This document shows positions 10,353-20,069 of a DNA stretch of 64,000 bases, piece by piece. The notes beneath the pieces were generated by a model. It ran no database searches, had not been told where the DNA came from, and was given only the letters and a program-made list of their open reading frames with translations. The DNA comes from Pirellulales bacterium (GTDB lineage: Bacteria; Planctomycetota; Planctomycetia; Pirellulales; PALSA-1355), in contig CAVTBU010000005.1 of assembly GCA_963733035.1 (NCBI GenBank), forward strand, positions 928,001 through 992,000. The letters are read 5' to 3'. Each line of letters begins with the position of its first letter. Within the stretch, counting starts at the first letter, position 1. Position numbers and translations under genes: made by a program.

Positions 10353-11220
10353 AGCGCCTCCGCTTGATCCGCAGAAGTTCCTCGATGGTCGTGAGAAGTT
10401 GCTCGTCGCGTCCCAGCGGCGTGATGAGGCGTTCGCGGCGCAACTCCACGAGATCACAAGTGACGAGCGACAAGCACTCATCAAACTGTGGGGCCTCGAA
10501 CAGCACCTGGCCGTCCGGTCCGACGACCATGCTGTTGCCGAAGAAACACAATCCGTCTTCGAAGCCCACGCGATTTACCACAATCACCAGTGCGCCAAGC
10601 AACTGCGAAAAGGTGCGGGCCAACAATTGATAGGTCTCGGCCGTGCCAATTCTCGGACCGTCGACTCCTCGGGCCGGCGAATTGATGATGCAAATCAGCA
10701 CGTCGACTTCTTCGGCCTGCATTATCGTGGCGGATGAAACGTGCCAGAAGTCTTCGCAAATAACGATGCCCACGCGGCCAAAGCCGGCAGCGTTGAATGC
10801 CTGAAATCGTTTGCCCGCGGAAAAGTACCGCTGTTCTTCGAATAAGCCGTAGGTCGGCAGGTATACTTTTCGGTGCACATGTAGGATCTTGCCGGCCTCG
10901 GCATAAAACGCAGCATTGTAGAACTGATGCCCGGGCCCTTCCTCCACAAATCCGGCGATGAGCGCCGTTGGCCCGGCTGCGTCAACGAGACGCGTGAGTT
11001 CGACGCTGGCGCGGTCCAATGCCACGTCGGGAACCATGTCGCGTAGAAAATAGCCTGTTAGTGAAAGCTCCGGAAACACGATTAGATCGGCACCGTTGCG
11101 GCGGGCGGCCGCAATCTGCTCTAGGTGCTTCTGCAGATTCTGCTGTCGATCGCCCAACGACGGGGCAATTTGGGCAAGCGCCACGCGGAGTGAACTTGAA
11201 TCGCCCACCACTGCCGGCAT
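10342..11220 (-). CDS. Carbon-nitrogen hydrolase, likely glutaminase subunit of NAD synthetase
   Basis: Nitrilase triad E (FPELS), K (HRKVYLP), C (ICEDFW); overlaps the nadE start by 11 nt; start uncertain. Confidence 0.85.
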   Translation of the reverse strand: MPAVVGDSSSLRVALAQIAPSLGDRQQNLQKHLEQIAAARRNGADLIVFPELSLTGYFLRDMVPDVALDRASVELTRLVDAAGPTALIAGFVEEGPGHQFYNAAFYAEAGKILHVHRKVYLPTYGLFEEQRYFSAGKRFQAFNAAGFGRVGIVICEDFWHVSSATIMQAEEVDVLICIINSPARGVDGPRIGTAETYQLLARTFSQLLGALVIVVNRVGFEDGLCFFGNSMVVGPDGQVLFEAPQFDECLSLVTCDLVELRRERLITPLGRDEQLLTTIEELLRIKRRRYET

Positions 11221-11406
11221 CGCCTGCGGATCTGTGCTGGATGTTGCGGACGTGGTCACGCGTGATTGTCCAGGATATAACAGCGAAGTGCCTGTAATAA
11301 AGCTTCGGGCGCACTCGCCTGGTGTCAAGCGAAACACCGCTTGAGAATCGATCAGCCAATCGGGGATTCGCTCGCAGTGTGCGAGTATTGTGACCCGCGG
11401 GACACG

Positions 11407-12264
11407 CTATTTCGCATCCGCAGTCGGCAGTCCGAATCTCGCCAGCGTCCAATCCTGCGTTTGTCCGTTGTCGAACCGTAGCCGTGCACTACCTTCGGGT
11501 CGGGTGAGACTTACGAGCGACACCTCAAACTCCGCGGACGAAAGAGCATCGGCCTTGAAAGTTGCCAATTGAGTTTGCTTGTCGAGTTTGCCGCTTAGGG
11601 GCAATTCCTGCCCGGTCACCACGTCATAGTAGTTGCCATGCAACTCGCCTTGCTTGCTGACGGCGAGTTGTAACAGCGCGCTCGGATCCCGCGCTCCGGC
11701 CGGGCCCAATGCAAAGACGCCCAGCGACAAGTAGTCGCCAGCGGCGGGAATCTCGACAGGTGGAGGGGTTACCGAATCGCTCGTAAAGACGTTGTCGCCC
11801 AACGCGGTGCTTGCGGGCGCGGCCACGGCGATCCCTAACCAAGCCGAGACGGTGCCAATCGAAGCAACAGCCCAAGCATCGGCATGGGGATGCGTGTAAT
11901 GCCAAGCCTTGGGGTGATCGGCGTACCAGGCAGGGGTGAACGGCCGATTGCCAGACGACAGCTCAGCCTTGAGTTGTCCACCCGGTGCAAGACTGCCAGT
12001 CAGGCTGCCCGGCAGCGCTGGCAGATTTTCACCAGCCTTCGCGGTCAGAGCATCCAAGGCGCCGTTATCGATCGCCGTTTGAATCTTCCCACCAAGGTTT
12101 TCGAGCCGCTGGCGAAACTGACCGTCGTTCCGTGGCGTCGAGTTTGGACTGGGTGCGGCACGCAGTCGGTCACCAAGCCGCCTTCCTAGCTGAGCCTCGG
12201 CATCTGAATATAGACCTCCCAAGACGAGCAACACCGCCACGGACGACCAAATTGGCTTGCGCAT
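11407..12264 (-). CDS. Secreted hypothetical protein, planctomycete family
   Basis: Signal peptide ending AEA-Q; PFTPAWYADHPKAW and LSLGVFAL..LLQLAVSKQGELHGNYYD blocks. Confidence 0.7.
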   Translation of the reverse strand: MRKPIWSSVAVLLVLGGLYSDAEAQLGRRLGDRLRAAPSPNSTPRNDGQFRQRLENLGGKIQTAIDNGALDALTAKAGENLPALPGSLTGSLAPGGQLKAELSSGNRPFTPAWYADHPKAWHYTHPHADAWAVASIGTVSAWLGIAVAAPASTALGDNVFTSDSVTPPPVEIPAAGDYLSLGVFALGPAGARDPSALLQLAVSKQGELHGNYYDVVTGQELPLSGKLDKQTQLATFKADALSSAEFEVSLVSLTRPEGSARLRFDNGQTQDWTLARFGLPTADAK

Positions 12265-12438
12265 CGAACACCTATTCACAAAACGCTAAAATGACAAACC
12301 TAGTCGGAGCCGAACGCCTAAAGCCCTTCCCTGCGCGGGGATACCAAAACCTAGCTTACGGTGTTCGACTCCCATTATGGGAAAAACCGCCAAGAATACG
12401 GGCCAAAATCCGCAGCAAGCGGCGTGCCAGGGCCTGAA

Positions 12439-13305
12439 TTATTGGCCGAGCGAAACTCGAATGGCGGCAGAGAGGTCTCGGCGCGTCGTTGGCGAGTACT
12501 CCAAATCAAACCAGAGAATCTTTCCGGACGCGTCGAGAAGGTACGTCCGGGGCAGCTTTCCAGTGGCAACTTGCTTGAGCGCCTCGCCGTCGGAATCGCT
12601 AAGGACGGGGTAGCCGGTACCCGCATGGTTGGCCAGTTCGTGCGCCAATTGCGGCTTGTCGCCAGTGTTGATCGCGACGACCGCTAGGCCCTTGTCGCCG
12701 AAGCGGGGCAAATAATAGCGGCTCAGGTCCGAAAGCTCCTCCAATCCGGTCGCCTGTGTCGCATTCCAAAACACGACTAACGTCAGCTTCGGACCGAACA
12801 ATTCGGTTAGCGATCGCTTCTCACCGTCGAGATTTGGCAATTCAAGATTGGGAAACGGGTCGGCGACTCGAACTTTGCAAAGCGAGGCATGCTGTTCGCT
12901 GAGCACAACCTCAGGAATCGCGAGATCAGCGGTCTCAACGCGATCATATGGCAACGGCGCTTTGGCAGCAGACAGCGGTGCGGGTGGTTCCGCGGCGGCC
13001 TGTGAAAGGGCTGGTTTCTTGGCCGACCCTTCGGAGTCCGTCGGTGGCTGGGTGGGAACATCGATCGCTGGAGGCTTGGTATTCTCGGCCCGTGCGACTT
13101 CCGCAATTGGTTCGTCGCCAGCTGTGCTGTCGGCGGTACTCTCAACATCAGAGGCGGCTGCCGGTGCGTGTTCCGATACCTGTTCAGCGGTAGCTGCTTC
13201 GCTCGAGGACGCGTCAGGCGCTGTGCCTTTGGCGCAGCCCCAACAGAGGAGGCCGAGTGCGGCGAACAGGCCAAAAATGAGATCGTTCCGAACGTGTCTG
13301 GGCAT
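12439..13305 (-). CDS. TlpA/redoxin-fold lipoprotein lacking CxxC
   Basis: Lipobox CWGC, Pro/Ala linker, FPNLELPNLDG..LVVFWN..VVAIN..YPVLSD..LPRTYLLD. Confidence 0.8.
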   Translation of the reverse strand: MPRHVRNDLIFGLFAALGLLCWGCAKGTAPDASSSEAATAEQVSEHAPAAASDVESTADSTAGDEPIAEVARAENTKPPAIDVPTQPPTDSEGSAKKPALSQAAAEPPAPLSAAKAPLPYDRVETADLAIPEVVLSEQHASLCKVRVADPFPNLELPNLDGEKRSLTELFGPKLTLVVFWNATQATGLEELSDLSRYYLPRFGDKGLAVVAINTGDKPQLAHELANHAGTGYPVLSDSDGEALKQVATGKLPRTYLLDASGKILWFDLEYSPTTRRDLSAAIRVSLGQ

Positions 13306-13403
13306 CTGGCTGGCTCCTTCCGCGAAACGCTCACCCTGGCAATGGTCCCGCCCGGGCCGACTCGCGTGTAAGAGCTACATTCTTCCCGAGCGGTCTACCA
13401 GCG

Positions 13404-15189
13404 TCAACGCCTGCTAGCGGCTTCTACATCGCGAATTTGGATGCCTAATTCCCGCAACTGTTTGGCGTCGACGCGACCTGGCGCCTCGGTCATCAGGTCG
13501 GTCGCCCGTTGCGTTTTCGGAAATGCAATGCAATCGCGAATATTATCCAGGTTGCCGAAGATCATTACGAAGCGGTCGAGCCCGAGGGCGATGCCACCGT
13601 GTGGCGGAGCGCCATATGCGAGTGCATCGAGCAAGAAACCGAATCGCTCGCGCTGCTGATCGGCCGAGATGCCCAGCAGGCCAAATACCTGCTGTTGCAC
13701 AACCGAATCGTGAATTCGAATCGTCCCACCGCCGGCTTCCATTCCGTTGATGACCAGATCGTACGCTTGGGCGCGGCACTTTCCCGGGTCACTCGCCAAC
13801 ATGGAAATATCTTGGGGACGGGGCGCCGTAAATGGATGATGCATTGCAGCCCATCCACCGGTCTCCTCGTCGTGTGCGAACATGGGAAACTCGACGACCC
13901 AGGAAAAGTGCTTCGAATCGGGATCGTACAGCTTGAGGTCCACGCCAAATCGCTTTCGCAAGCCGTTCAGCGCTTTGCAGGTCGTTTCGAAACGGTCTGC
14001 CACAAAGGCCAACAAGTCACCAGGTTCGGCTGACATTCGTTGGCCAATTCTGTCGAGCAGTTCGGTGCTGAAATTTTTGGCAATGGGCGATGCCAATGTC
14101 CCCCCCTCCTCGACCTTGAACCAGGCCAGGCCTTTGGCACCGAAATCCTGCACGACAAAGTTCGTCAGTTCGTCGATTCCCTTGCGTGAATAGTTTGCTG
14201 CTCCTCCCTTAGCGTTGATGCCGCGAACGCGACCGCCGTCGTCGGCCGTCGCGCGAAAAACGCGGAAATCGCACTCGCTGGCGATGTCGGTCAAATCCAC
14301 GATTTCCAGGCCGAAACGCAGGTCGGTGCGCGTCATGTCCAAATCGCTCCATCACTTCGTCATATGTCATTCGTGGCAATGGCAGCGACAACTCGATTCC
14401 CAAAATATCTTTCGCCAAGTGAGCAACCAGGCCGTCGATGAGTCCCATAACGTCGTCGGCGTCAACAAACGACATTTCGAGGTCCAACTGCGTGAACTCC
14501 GGCTGACGGTCAGCTCGCAGGTCCTCATCGCGAAAGCAACGGGCAACCTGCACGTAACGGTCGTAGCCGGCGATCATCAAGATTTGCTTGTACAACTGCG
14601 GCGACTGAGGCAGCGCGTAGAAGCTACCGTGATGGATGCGGCTGGGCACCAAGTAATCGCGGGCGCCCTCGGGCGTGCTCCGGCCGAGCATCGGCGTTTC
14701 AATGTCGACAAACCCATGGTCGTCGAAGAACTTGCGCATGCCCAAGGTAATACGATGCCGCAGCAGCATTGCAGCTTGCATTTCGGTGCGGCGCAAATCG
14801 AGATAGCGATACTTCAGCCGCAGATCTTCGTTGGGCAGTTCCAACCCGCCCGGCTGAAACGGTGGCGTCTGGCTCTTGTTGAGCAAAACAAGCCGGGTGG
14901 GCCGAATCTCAATTTCACCGGTGGCCAGTTTGGGATTGACGGTCCCCTCGGGTCGCGGGGCCACTTTCCCGGTCACGGAGATCACGAATTCGCTGCGCAG
15001 CGATCGGGCCAGTTGTTGCGTCTCGACGCCGCAGTCGGGGTCAAACGCGATCTGCGTCTTGCCGTAGCGGTCGCGCAAGTCGATGAAAATAATGCCGCGA
15101 TGGTCGCGGTAGCTATCAACCCAGCCGCAAACCGTGACTTCCTCGCCAATGTGCCGCGTGTTAAGTTCGCCGCACGTATGAGTCCGCAT
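13404..15189 (-). CDS. aspS: Aspartate--tRNA ligase, probably non-discriminating Asp/Asn; apparent 1-nt insertion at about 14327
   Basis: [55 protein letters not shown] in the 5' frame; [28 protein letters not shown] in the 3' frame. Confidence 0.95.
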
Positions 15190-15362
15190 CAACGCCACAT
15201 CTCCCAAAGTCGTTTCGGCCCAGTTTTCGCCCTGGTTCACTCAAATGAACCGCATATCCTACTCTAGACCAGCCCCCGCACGTAAGGTGACAGGGCGGTA
15301 TCGTGTCGCGGCCCGGTCACGCCGTGCTTTGCCCCGTTCTGAAGAGATAATGCCACGAGCGC

Positions 15363-15393
15363 AAAGAAAAAGCCGTCCTGCGGGGGGACGGCT
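15363..15393 (-). terminator. Intrinsic terminator of the PEP-CTERM gene
   Basis: Stem AGCCGTCC/GGACGGCT followed by TTTTCTTT on the minus strand. Confidence 0.7.
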
Positions 15394-15438
15394 CTAAGGA
15401 CGCATTTAAGGTTTGCGGCAGATTACGTCGGCCGTGGC

Positions 15439-16128
15439 CTATTTGCGACGACGACGCCCGCCGACCAAGGCCAAACCGCAGGCACCCAGCGTCCCCAGGA
15501 CGACGGAAGCAGGTTCCGGCACCGGCACGAAATTATACGTGACCGTGACCAGGCCGCTGGTGGCAAAGTTGCTCACCTGAATCGTACTGTCACTCACGCC
15601 GGAAACCGAGAAGCCACCGTTACCGTTGACGTTGGCGTTGAAGTTGCCGGCACCAATGTAGGGAGCCAAACCGGCGATGATCGTATCGGAGTCCGAGTCG
15701 CTACCAGAAATCGATCCAAAATCGACGAAGTCGGGCCCGGAGCCGGGGTTTCCGTCCGAGGCACTAACCGCAACCGGGCCGGCCGATTGCAAAACCGCAG
15801 CTGTCGCCGAAAGTCCAGAGGAGGTTGCGCCCACCAACCCTGTAAGGTCGACTCCCATGTTTCCCCCGATGACCGAATCATTTTCAGCCGTGACGTCAGC
15901 ACCAACTGTGGCGTCAACTTTGAGTTCCACGCTAGCCAAGGTCTGGCCGGGAAACGCTGAGGGATCCCATTGAGGGAGCGAAACGACTTGACTTCCGGGC
16001 GATAGCGCGAAGCCGAAACCGTTATTGTAGGAGATAGTGCCCGCCTGAGCGACCGACAGCACCAGCGATACGAGGAGAAGGGAGACAGCACCGATTTTGG
16101 CTAGTCGTCACGGCGAAGATTTTTCCAT
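15439..16128 (-). CDS. PEP-CTERM surface protein (choice-of-anchor E-like); in-frame TGA at codon 7
   Basis: C-terminal VPEPASVVLGTLGACGLALVGGRRRRK; SLPQWDP..TLASVEL N-domain; signal peptide MEKSSP*RLAKIGAVSLLLVSLVLSVAQA. Confidence 0.88.
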
Positions 16129-16216
16129 TGAGCGGCCCTTTCGGTGATTTATCCGTTCGTATGCAATGTATGGCTTTGACAGGCGCAAAGTGGTTTTGCG
16201 TTAGCCAACTCGGCCG

Positions 16217-16244
16217 AGTCTAATCGAAAAAACGGAACCGTCAA
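16217..16244 (-). promoter_or_regulatory. sigma70-type promoter for the PEP-CTERM gene
   Basis: TTGACG-16 nt-TAGACT with an AT-rich upstream region. Confidence 0.45.
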
Positions 16245-16349
16245 TCTTTTTCCTGAAAATTAACTTGCCGAAAAACTCCTTCTAAGAATAACGACTTACG
16301 ATCAATTTGCGCGTTTTTTCCGCAGTTTTCACCACCCGAATATGAGAAT

Positions 16350-17330
16350 TTACTCGATACTGGCAAGTATTCGGGCTGCCGTCCTTTCGGGGGGGTCACC
16401 GGCCGAAACCGCACGAACTTCGCTGAGACTTCGAAACCACGTGAGCTGGCGCTTTGCGAATTGTCGGGTTCGTCGTTTTGTCAGATCGATTGTCGCATCC
16501 AAATCTCTCTGACCTTCAAGATGCTCGATGACTTCTCGATATCCTACTGCCTGCCTGGCAGTTCTCCCCGGGGGCGTCGGGCTCGCCAACAATTGGCGCA
16601 CTTCCTCAATCAGTCCCGCGGCGAACATGACGTCGACTCGGGCATCGATCCGGTCGACTAACTGCTGCCGCGGCCAGGCCAGCATGAACACTCGGCACGC
16701 CTCTGCAAGCCGTGCCCGATCGAACTGTCGCTGCAAGTCGGTAATGCTCTGGCCCGTCTGTTCGTAAACCTCCAGTGCCCGGATTACGCGCCGTCGGTCG
16801 TTGGCATGGAGCCGCTTTGCTGTTACCGGATCGACGGCAGCCAGGCGGCGATGCAGCGTCAGGTCTCCTTCTCGGTCGGCCAGCTCGTGCATTCTGTGAC
16901 GGAATGACCAATCGGCGGCCGGGCCGGCAAAGATGCCGCGCAAGAGAGCCTTCAAATATAGGGGAGTGCCACCCACGAATAGCGGTTTGCGTTGCCGGCT
17001 GCAAATGTCCCGAACTACATCTTCGGTGGCGGCCACATATTGAGCGACGCTGTACTCCTCATGCGGATCGATTACGTCGATTAAATGATGTCGCACGGCC
17101 GCCCGCTGAACAGCAGACGCCTTGGCGGTGCCGATGTCCATGCCCCGATAAAGCGCCATCGAGTCGAGCGACACAATTTCGGCATCGAGTTGCCTCGCGA
17201 GCTCCATTGCCACGTCGGTCTTGCCGCTCGCCGTAGGACCGGTCAGAAACCAGCAATCGGCCGGCTTGAGGTAAACCTGGGTACTCGTCACTGCAAATTC
17301 GCTTGTGAAACGCTCGGACGTCCTTGCCAC
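16350..17330 (-). CDS. miaA: tRNA dimethylallyltransferase
   Basis: GPTASGKT, DSMALYRGMDIGTAK, VGGTPLY, QAVGYRE, TRQFAKRQLTWFR; true start may be near 17291. Confidence 0.96.
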   Translation of the reverse strand: MARTSERFTSEFAVTSTQVYLKPADCWFLTGPTASGKTDVAMELARQLDAEIVSLDSMALYRGMDIGTAKASAVQRAAVRHHLIDVIDPHEEYSVAQYVAATEDVVRDICSRQRKPLFVGGTPLYLKALLRGIFAGPAADWSFRHRMHELADREGDLTLHRRLAAVDPVTAKRLHANDRRRVIRALEVYEQTGQSITDLQRQFDRARLAEACRVFMLAWPRQQLVDRIDARVDVMFAAGLIEEVRQLLASPTPPGRTARQAVGYREVIEHLEGQRDLDATIDLTKRRTRQFAKRQLTWFRSLSEVRAVSAGDPPERTAARILASIE

Positions 17331-17400
17331 TTTCGGACGATCGTCCTAGGATTGCCGGAATCGTAGCTCCCGGCGGGTTCGAGGGTAAGGCATAAGGCCC

Positions 17401-17775
17401 ATGAGCGACCCCAATTCCATTTTTGCCCGATTAATGGCCGTGATCGAGGATCGGAAGACAAATCCTCCAGAAAAGTCGTATACGACAAGTCTTTTCGATG
17501 GCGGAATGGCCAAAATTGGTGCCAAGATTGAGGAAGAAGCAGCCGAGGTCATTGAAGCAGCCTGCGAACCTGGCGATACGGGTCGCGATCATACGGTTAA
17601 AGAAGCCGCCGACTTGCTCTACCACCTGTTCGTGCTGTTGGCCAATCGAGATATCCCGCTATCACGGGTCGAGGATGAGTTGGCCCGAAGATTCGGAATC
17701 TCGGGGCTCGACGAAAAAGCATCTCGCCCCCAAACTCCAACCGAGTCGAAGCCTGCGAGCGACTTTCCCACATGA
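17401..17775 (+). CDS. hisE: Phosphoribosyl-ATP diphosphatase
   Basis: SYTTSLF..KIEEEAAEV..EAADLLYHLFVLL. Confidence 0.95.
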   Translation: MSDPNSIFARLMAVIEDRKTNPPEKSYTTSLFDGGMAKIGAKIEEEAAEVIEAACEPGDTGRDHTVKEAADLLYHLFVLLANRDIPLSRVEDELARRFGISGLDEKASRPQTPTESKPASDFPT

Positions 17776-18623
17776 GCAACTTGCGTATCGGCGTTCCTAG
17801 CAAAGGGCGACTGGCTGAGGTGGCAGCCGAATTGCTCAAGGAGGCCGGCCTGAGCTTTCGCCGCCAAGAGCGAAGCCTGTTTGCCCGCTGTCGCGAAGTG
17901 CCGGTGGAAATCACCTTCCTGCGGACCGAGGACATCCCGATCCTTTGCGCCGAGGGCGCCATCGACATGGGTATCAGCGGCGGCGACCTAGTGGCCGAGA
18001 GTGGCGCGGAACTCATCTCTCGGCTTGATCTGGGCGTTGGCGAGTGCCGGCTGGCAATCTGCATTCCCGTGGAGAGCACGATCGGCGGCCCGCGCGAATT
18101 GAACGGCACTCGCATTGCCACTAGTTTCCCACGCGTTACTGATTCATTTCTCGCGCAGCATCAGGCCAAGGCACATCTGGTCAACCTTTCCGGTTCGGTT
18201 GAAATCATGATCGCCTTGGGTGTCGCCGACGCAATTGTCGACCTTGTAGAAACCGGCAGCACGCTGGCGGCAAACCGATTGAAGATCCTGACCGAGGTCG
18301 GCCGCTACCAGACGGTGCTGGTGCAGAACCCGGCCCGCCGCAACTCCGAGATGGCCGATCGGGTTGTGCGTCGTCTGGAAGGAGTGGTCATCGCACGAAG
18401 CTATTCCCTCCTGGAATACAACGTTCCGCGGTCAAAATTGGCCGCGGCCGAACAGATCACGCCAGGTTTCAATTCCCCGACGATTAGCGGGCTGGAAGAC
18501 GCCAATTGGTGTGCGGTACGCGTGATGGTTCGGCGGACCGAGGTAATTGAAATCATGGAGCAGTTGGAGGCTTTAGGGGCTTCGGCAATCCTGGAAACCC
18601 GAATCACGAATTGTCGGCTCTGA
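17772..18623 (+). CDS. hisG: ATP phosphoribosyltransferase, long form
   Basis: VPSKGRL, GSVEI, DAIVDLVETGSTL, C-terminal regulatory domain; ATGA overlap with hisE. Confidence 0.96.
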   Translation: MSNLRIGVPSKGRLAEVAAELLKEAGLSFRRQERSLFARCREVPVEITFLRTEDIPILCAEGAIDMGISGGDLVAESGAELISRLDLGVGECRLAICIPVESTIGGPRELNGTRIATSFPRVTDSFLAQHQAKAHLVNLSGSVEIMIALGVADAIVDLVETGSTLAANRLKILTEVGRYQTVLVQNPARRNSEMADRVVRRLEGVVIARSYSLLEYNVPRSKLAAAEQITPGFNSPTISGLEDANWCAVRVMVRRTEVIEIMEQLEALGASAILETRITNCRL

Positions 18624-18753
18624 TTCTCACAGGCGGAGTGCGGCCCCATCCGCAAGCGGACATGGCGGACAAGTTACGGGGCGCCACTAGAACAGCCGAA
18701 AGGCGTTTGCTAATCTGGGAGCTTCTCTAGCCCCAGCATCATAAGGCCCTGTT

Positions 18754-19254
18754 GTGTCCACCCTTACCATGAATCAGCCGATCGCTGGCGTAACCCCCCC
18801 GGGTACGCGCGAAGTAGAAGTGATGACCGTTTGGCCGACGCTGGGTGCATACGCGCCGGGACGCATCATAGGCCGGCTTTGCAGCATTCGGGTCGGGGCA
18901 GGATTCTTCACGCTCGGCAAATTGCTTGCCCTATTGCTGATTCCGTTCGCGATCGGACTCTACGTGTTCACACTCTTGCCAGGCGTCATGCGACGCTACA
19001 AGCTCACCAACCGTCGCATCGTCGTGCAGGTGGGCTTGCGGAGTATCGATGAGCGGTGGGTCGACTTTGATCGTTTCGACTCGATCGACGTCGAGGTGCT
19101 TCCTGGCCAGGAATGGTACCCAGCCGGCGATCTCGTGTTTCGCAACGGGGCAGTGGAGACGTTTCGCTTGGCCGGCGTGTCCCGACCGGAAACGTTTCGC
19201 CATACGTGCCTGGCGGCAAGGCGGGGGTATCTTGGCGCCGGCGCGAGCCGGTAA
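18754..19254 (+). CDS. Membrane protein with bacterial PH (bPH_2-like) domain
   Basis: TM helix followed by RYKLTNRRIVVQVGL..GDLVF. Confidence 0.65.
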   Translation: MSTLTMNQPIAGVTPPGTREVEVMTVWPTLGAYAPGRIIGRLCSIRVGAGFFTLGKLLALLLIPFAIGLYVFTLLPGVMRRYKLTNRRIVVQVGLRSIDERWVDFDRFDSIDVEVLPGQEWYPAGDLVFRNGAVETFRLAGVSRPETFRHTCLAARRGYLGAGASR

Positions 19255-19270
19255 GGCCAACGTCGACGTC

Positions 19271-19873
19271 TTACGCCCCCCGCATCATTTCAACGAGGAT
19301 CATCCGCAAGGCATCTGCCGACGTGTTGGCCGGTAGCGCGGCCATGTGTTGAGCCTGGGCCGCCGTCTGACTCACGTCGAGCGGTAGATGTACGAACGCG
19401 GCTCTGGTCTGCAACGCCATCCGCTCGGCCAAATAGCAGGAAAAATAGAGCGTCGCGTTACACAGGTAAGTGCCCGCATGATACGAGACTTCGGCTGGAA
19501 TCTTGGCGTCGCGGAGCATCGCCGCCCACGAGCCCAGGGGCAAGGGGCTCCGATATGCCACGGGTCCCCCGTCGACTAAGGAGCGAAATTGGTCCGGCGA
19601 TTGCATTGAAGAACCGCCGACATTGATTGCAAAGGACTCCAGTTGAATCCGTGTCGAGCCGGGGGCTTGGCCCAAATGCAGGGCACAGTCATAGTTGTTC
19701 GCCAGGTCCGCGGCCAGACGTTGCTTTACCGCGGCGAAATCGACCGGATAGAGCCGCGTCGTAATCGCCGGCTCGCTCGGTAAGTTTTGTGTCAATTGCA
19801 CGAGCGTCAGCCAACTCGAATTGGCGGTCCAGTGATCATACGGCTCGAAGGCGGTAATCAAAACTCTTGTCAT
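19271..19873 (-). CDS. pcp: Pyroglutamyl-peptidase I
   Basis: ITAFEPY, HLGQ, AGTYLCN, FVHLP catalytic motifs. Confidence 0.9.
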   Translation of the reverse strand: MTRVLITAFEPYDHWTANSSWLTLVQLTQNLPSEPAITTRLYPVDFAAVKQRLAADLANNYDCALHLGQAPGSTRIQLESFAINVGGSSMQSPDQFRSLVDGGPVAYRSPLPLGSWAAMLRDAKIPAEVSYHAGTYLCNATLYFSCYLAERMALQTRAAFVHLPLDVSQTAAQAQHMAALPANTSADALRMILVEMMRGA

Positions 19874-20069
19874 ACCCGCTCGTGCGACCTGTCAACGTCT
19901 GTCCGCATAAATTGAACTCCTCGACGTCGACAATCGTAGCGTGTTTCGAATGGTATGCACAACCGGCCTGCGATGGACGCGCGCCACGGATCTCCGTTTA
20001 CAGCCGCTTGCCCGTGGGGATAATCAAAGGCACTTTCCAACCGCTGAAACTTCCACGGATAGCAATCTC

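Noticed and set aside
14300..14345. Programmed frameshift or pseudogene in aspS
   Set aside because: No slippery heptamer; essential gene; several similar indels elsewhere point to sequencing error
14215..15267. 350-aa plus-strand ORF
   Set aside because: Antisense shadow of aspS; no recognisable motifs
16108..16110. Selenocysteine or alternative genetic code for the in-frame TGA
   Set aside because: It lies in a signal peptide, no SECIS is evident, and TGA is a normal stop in many other genes here
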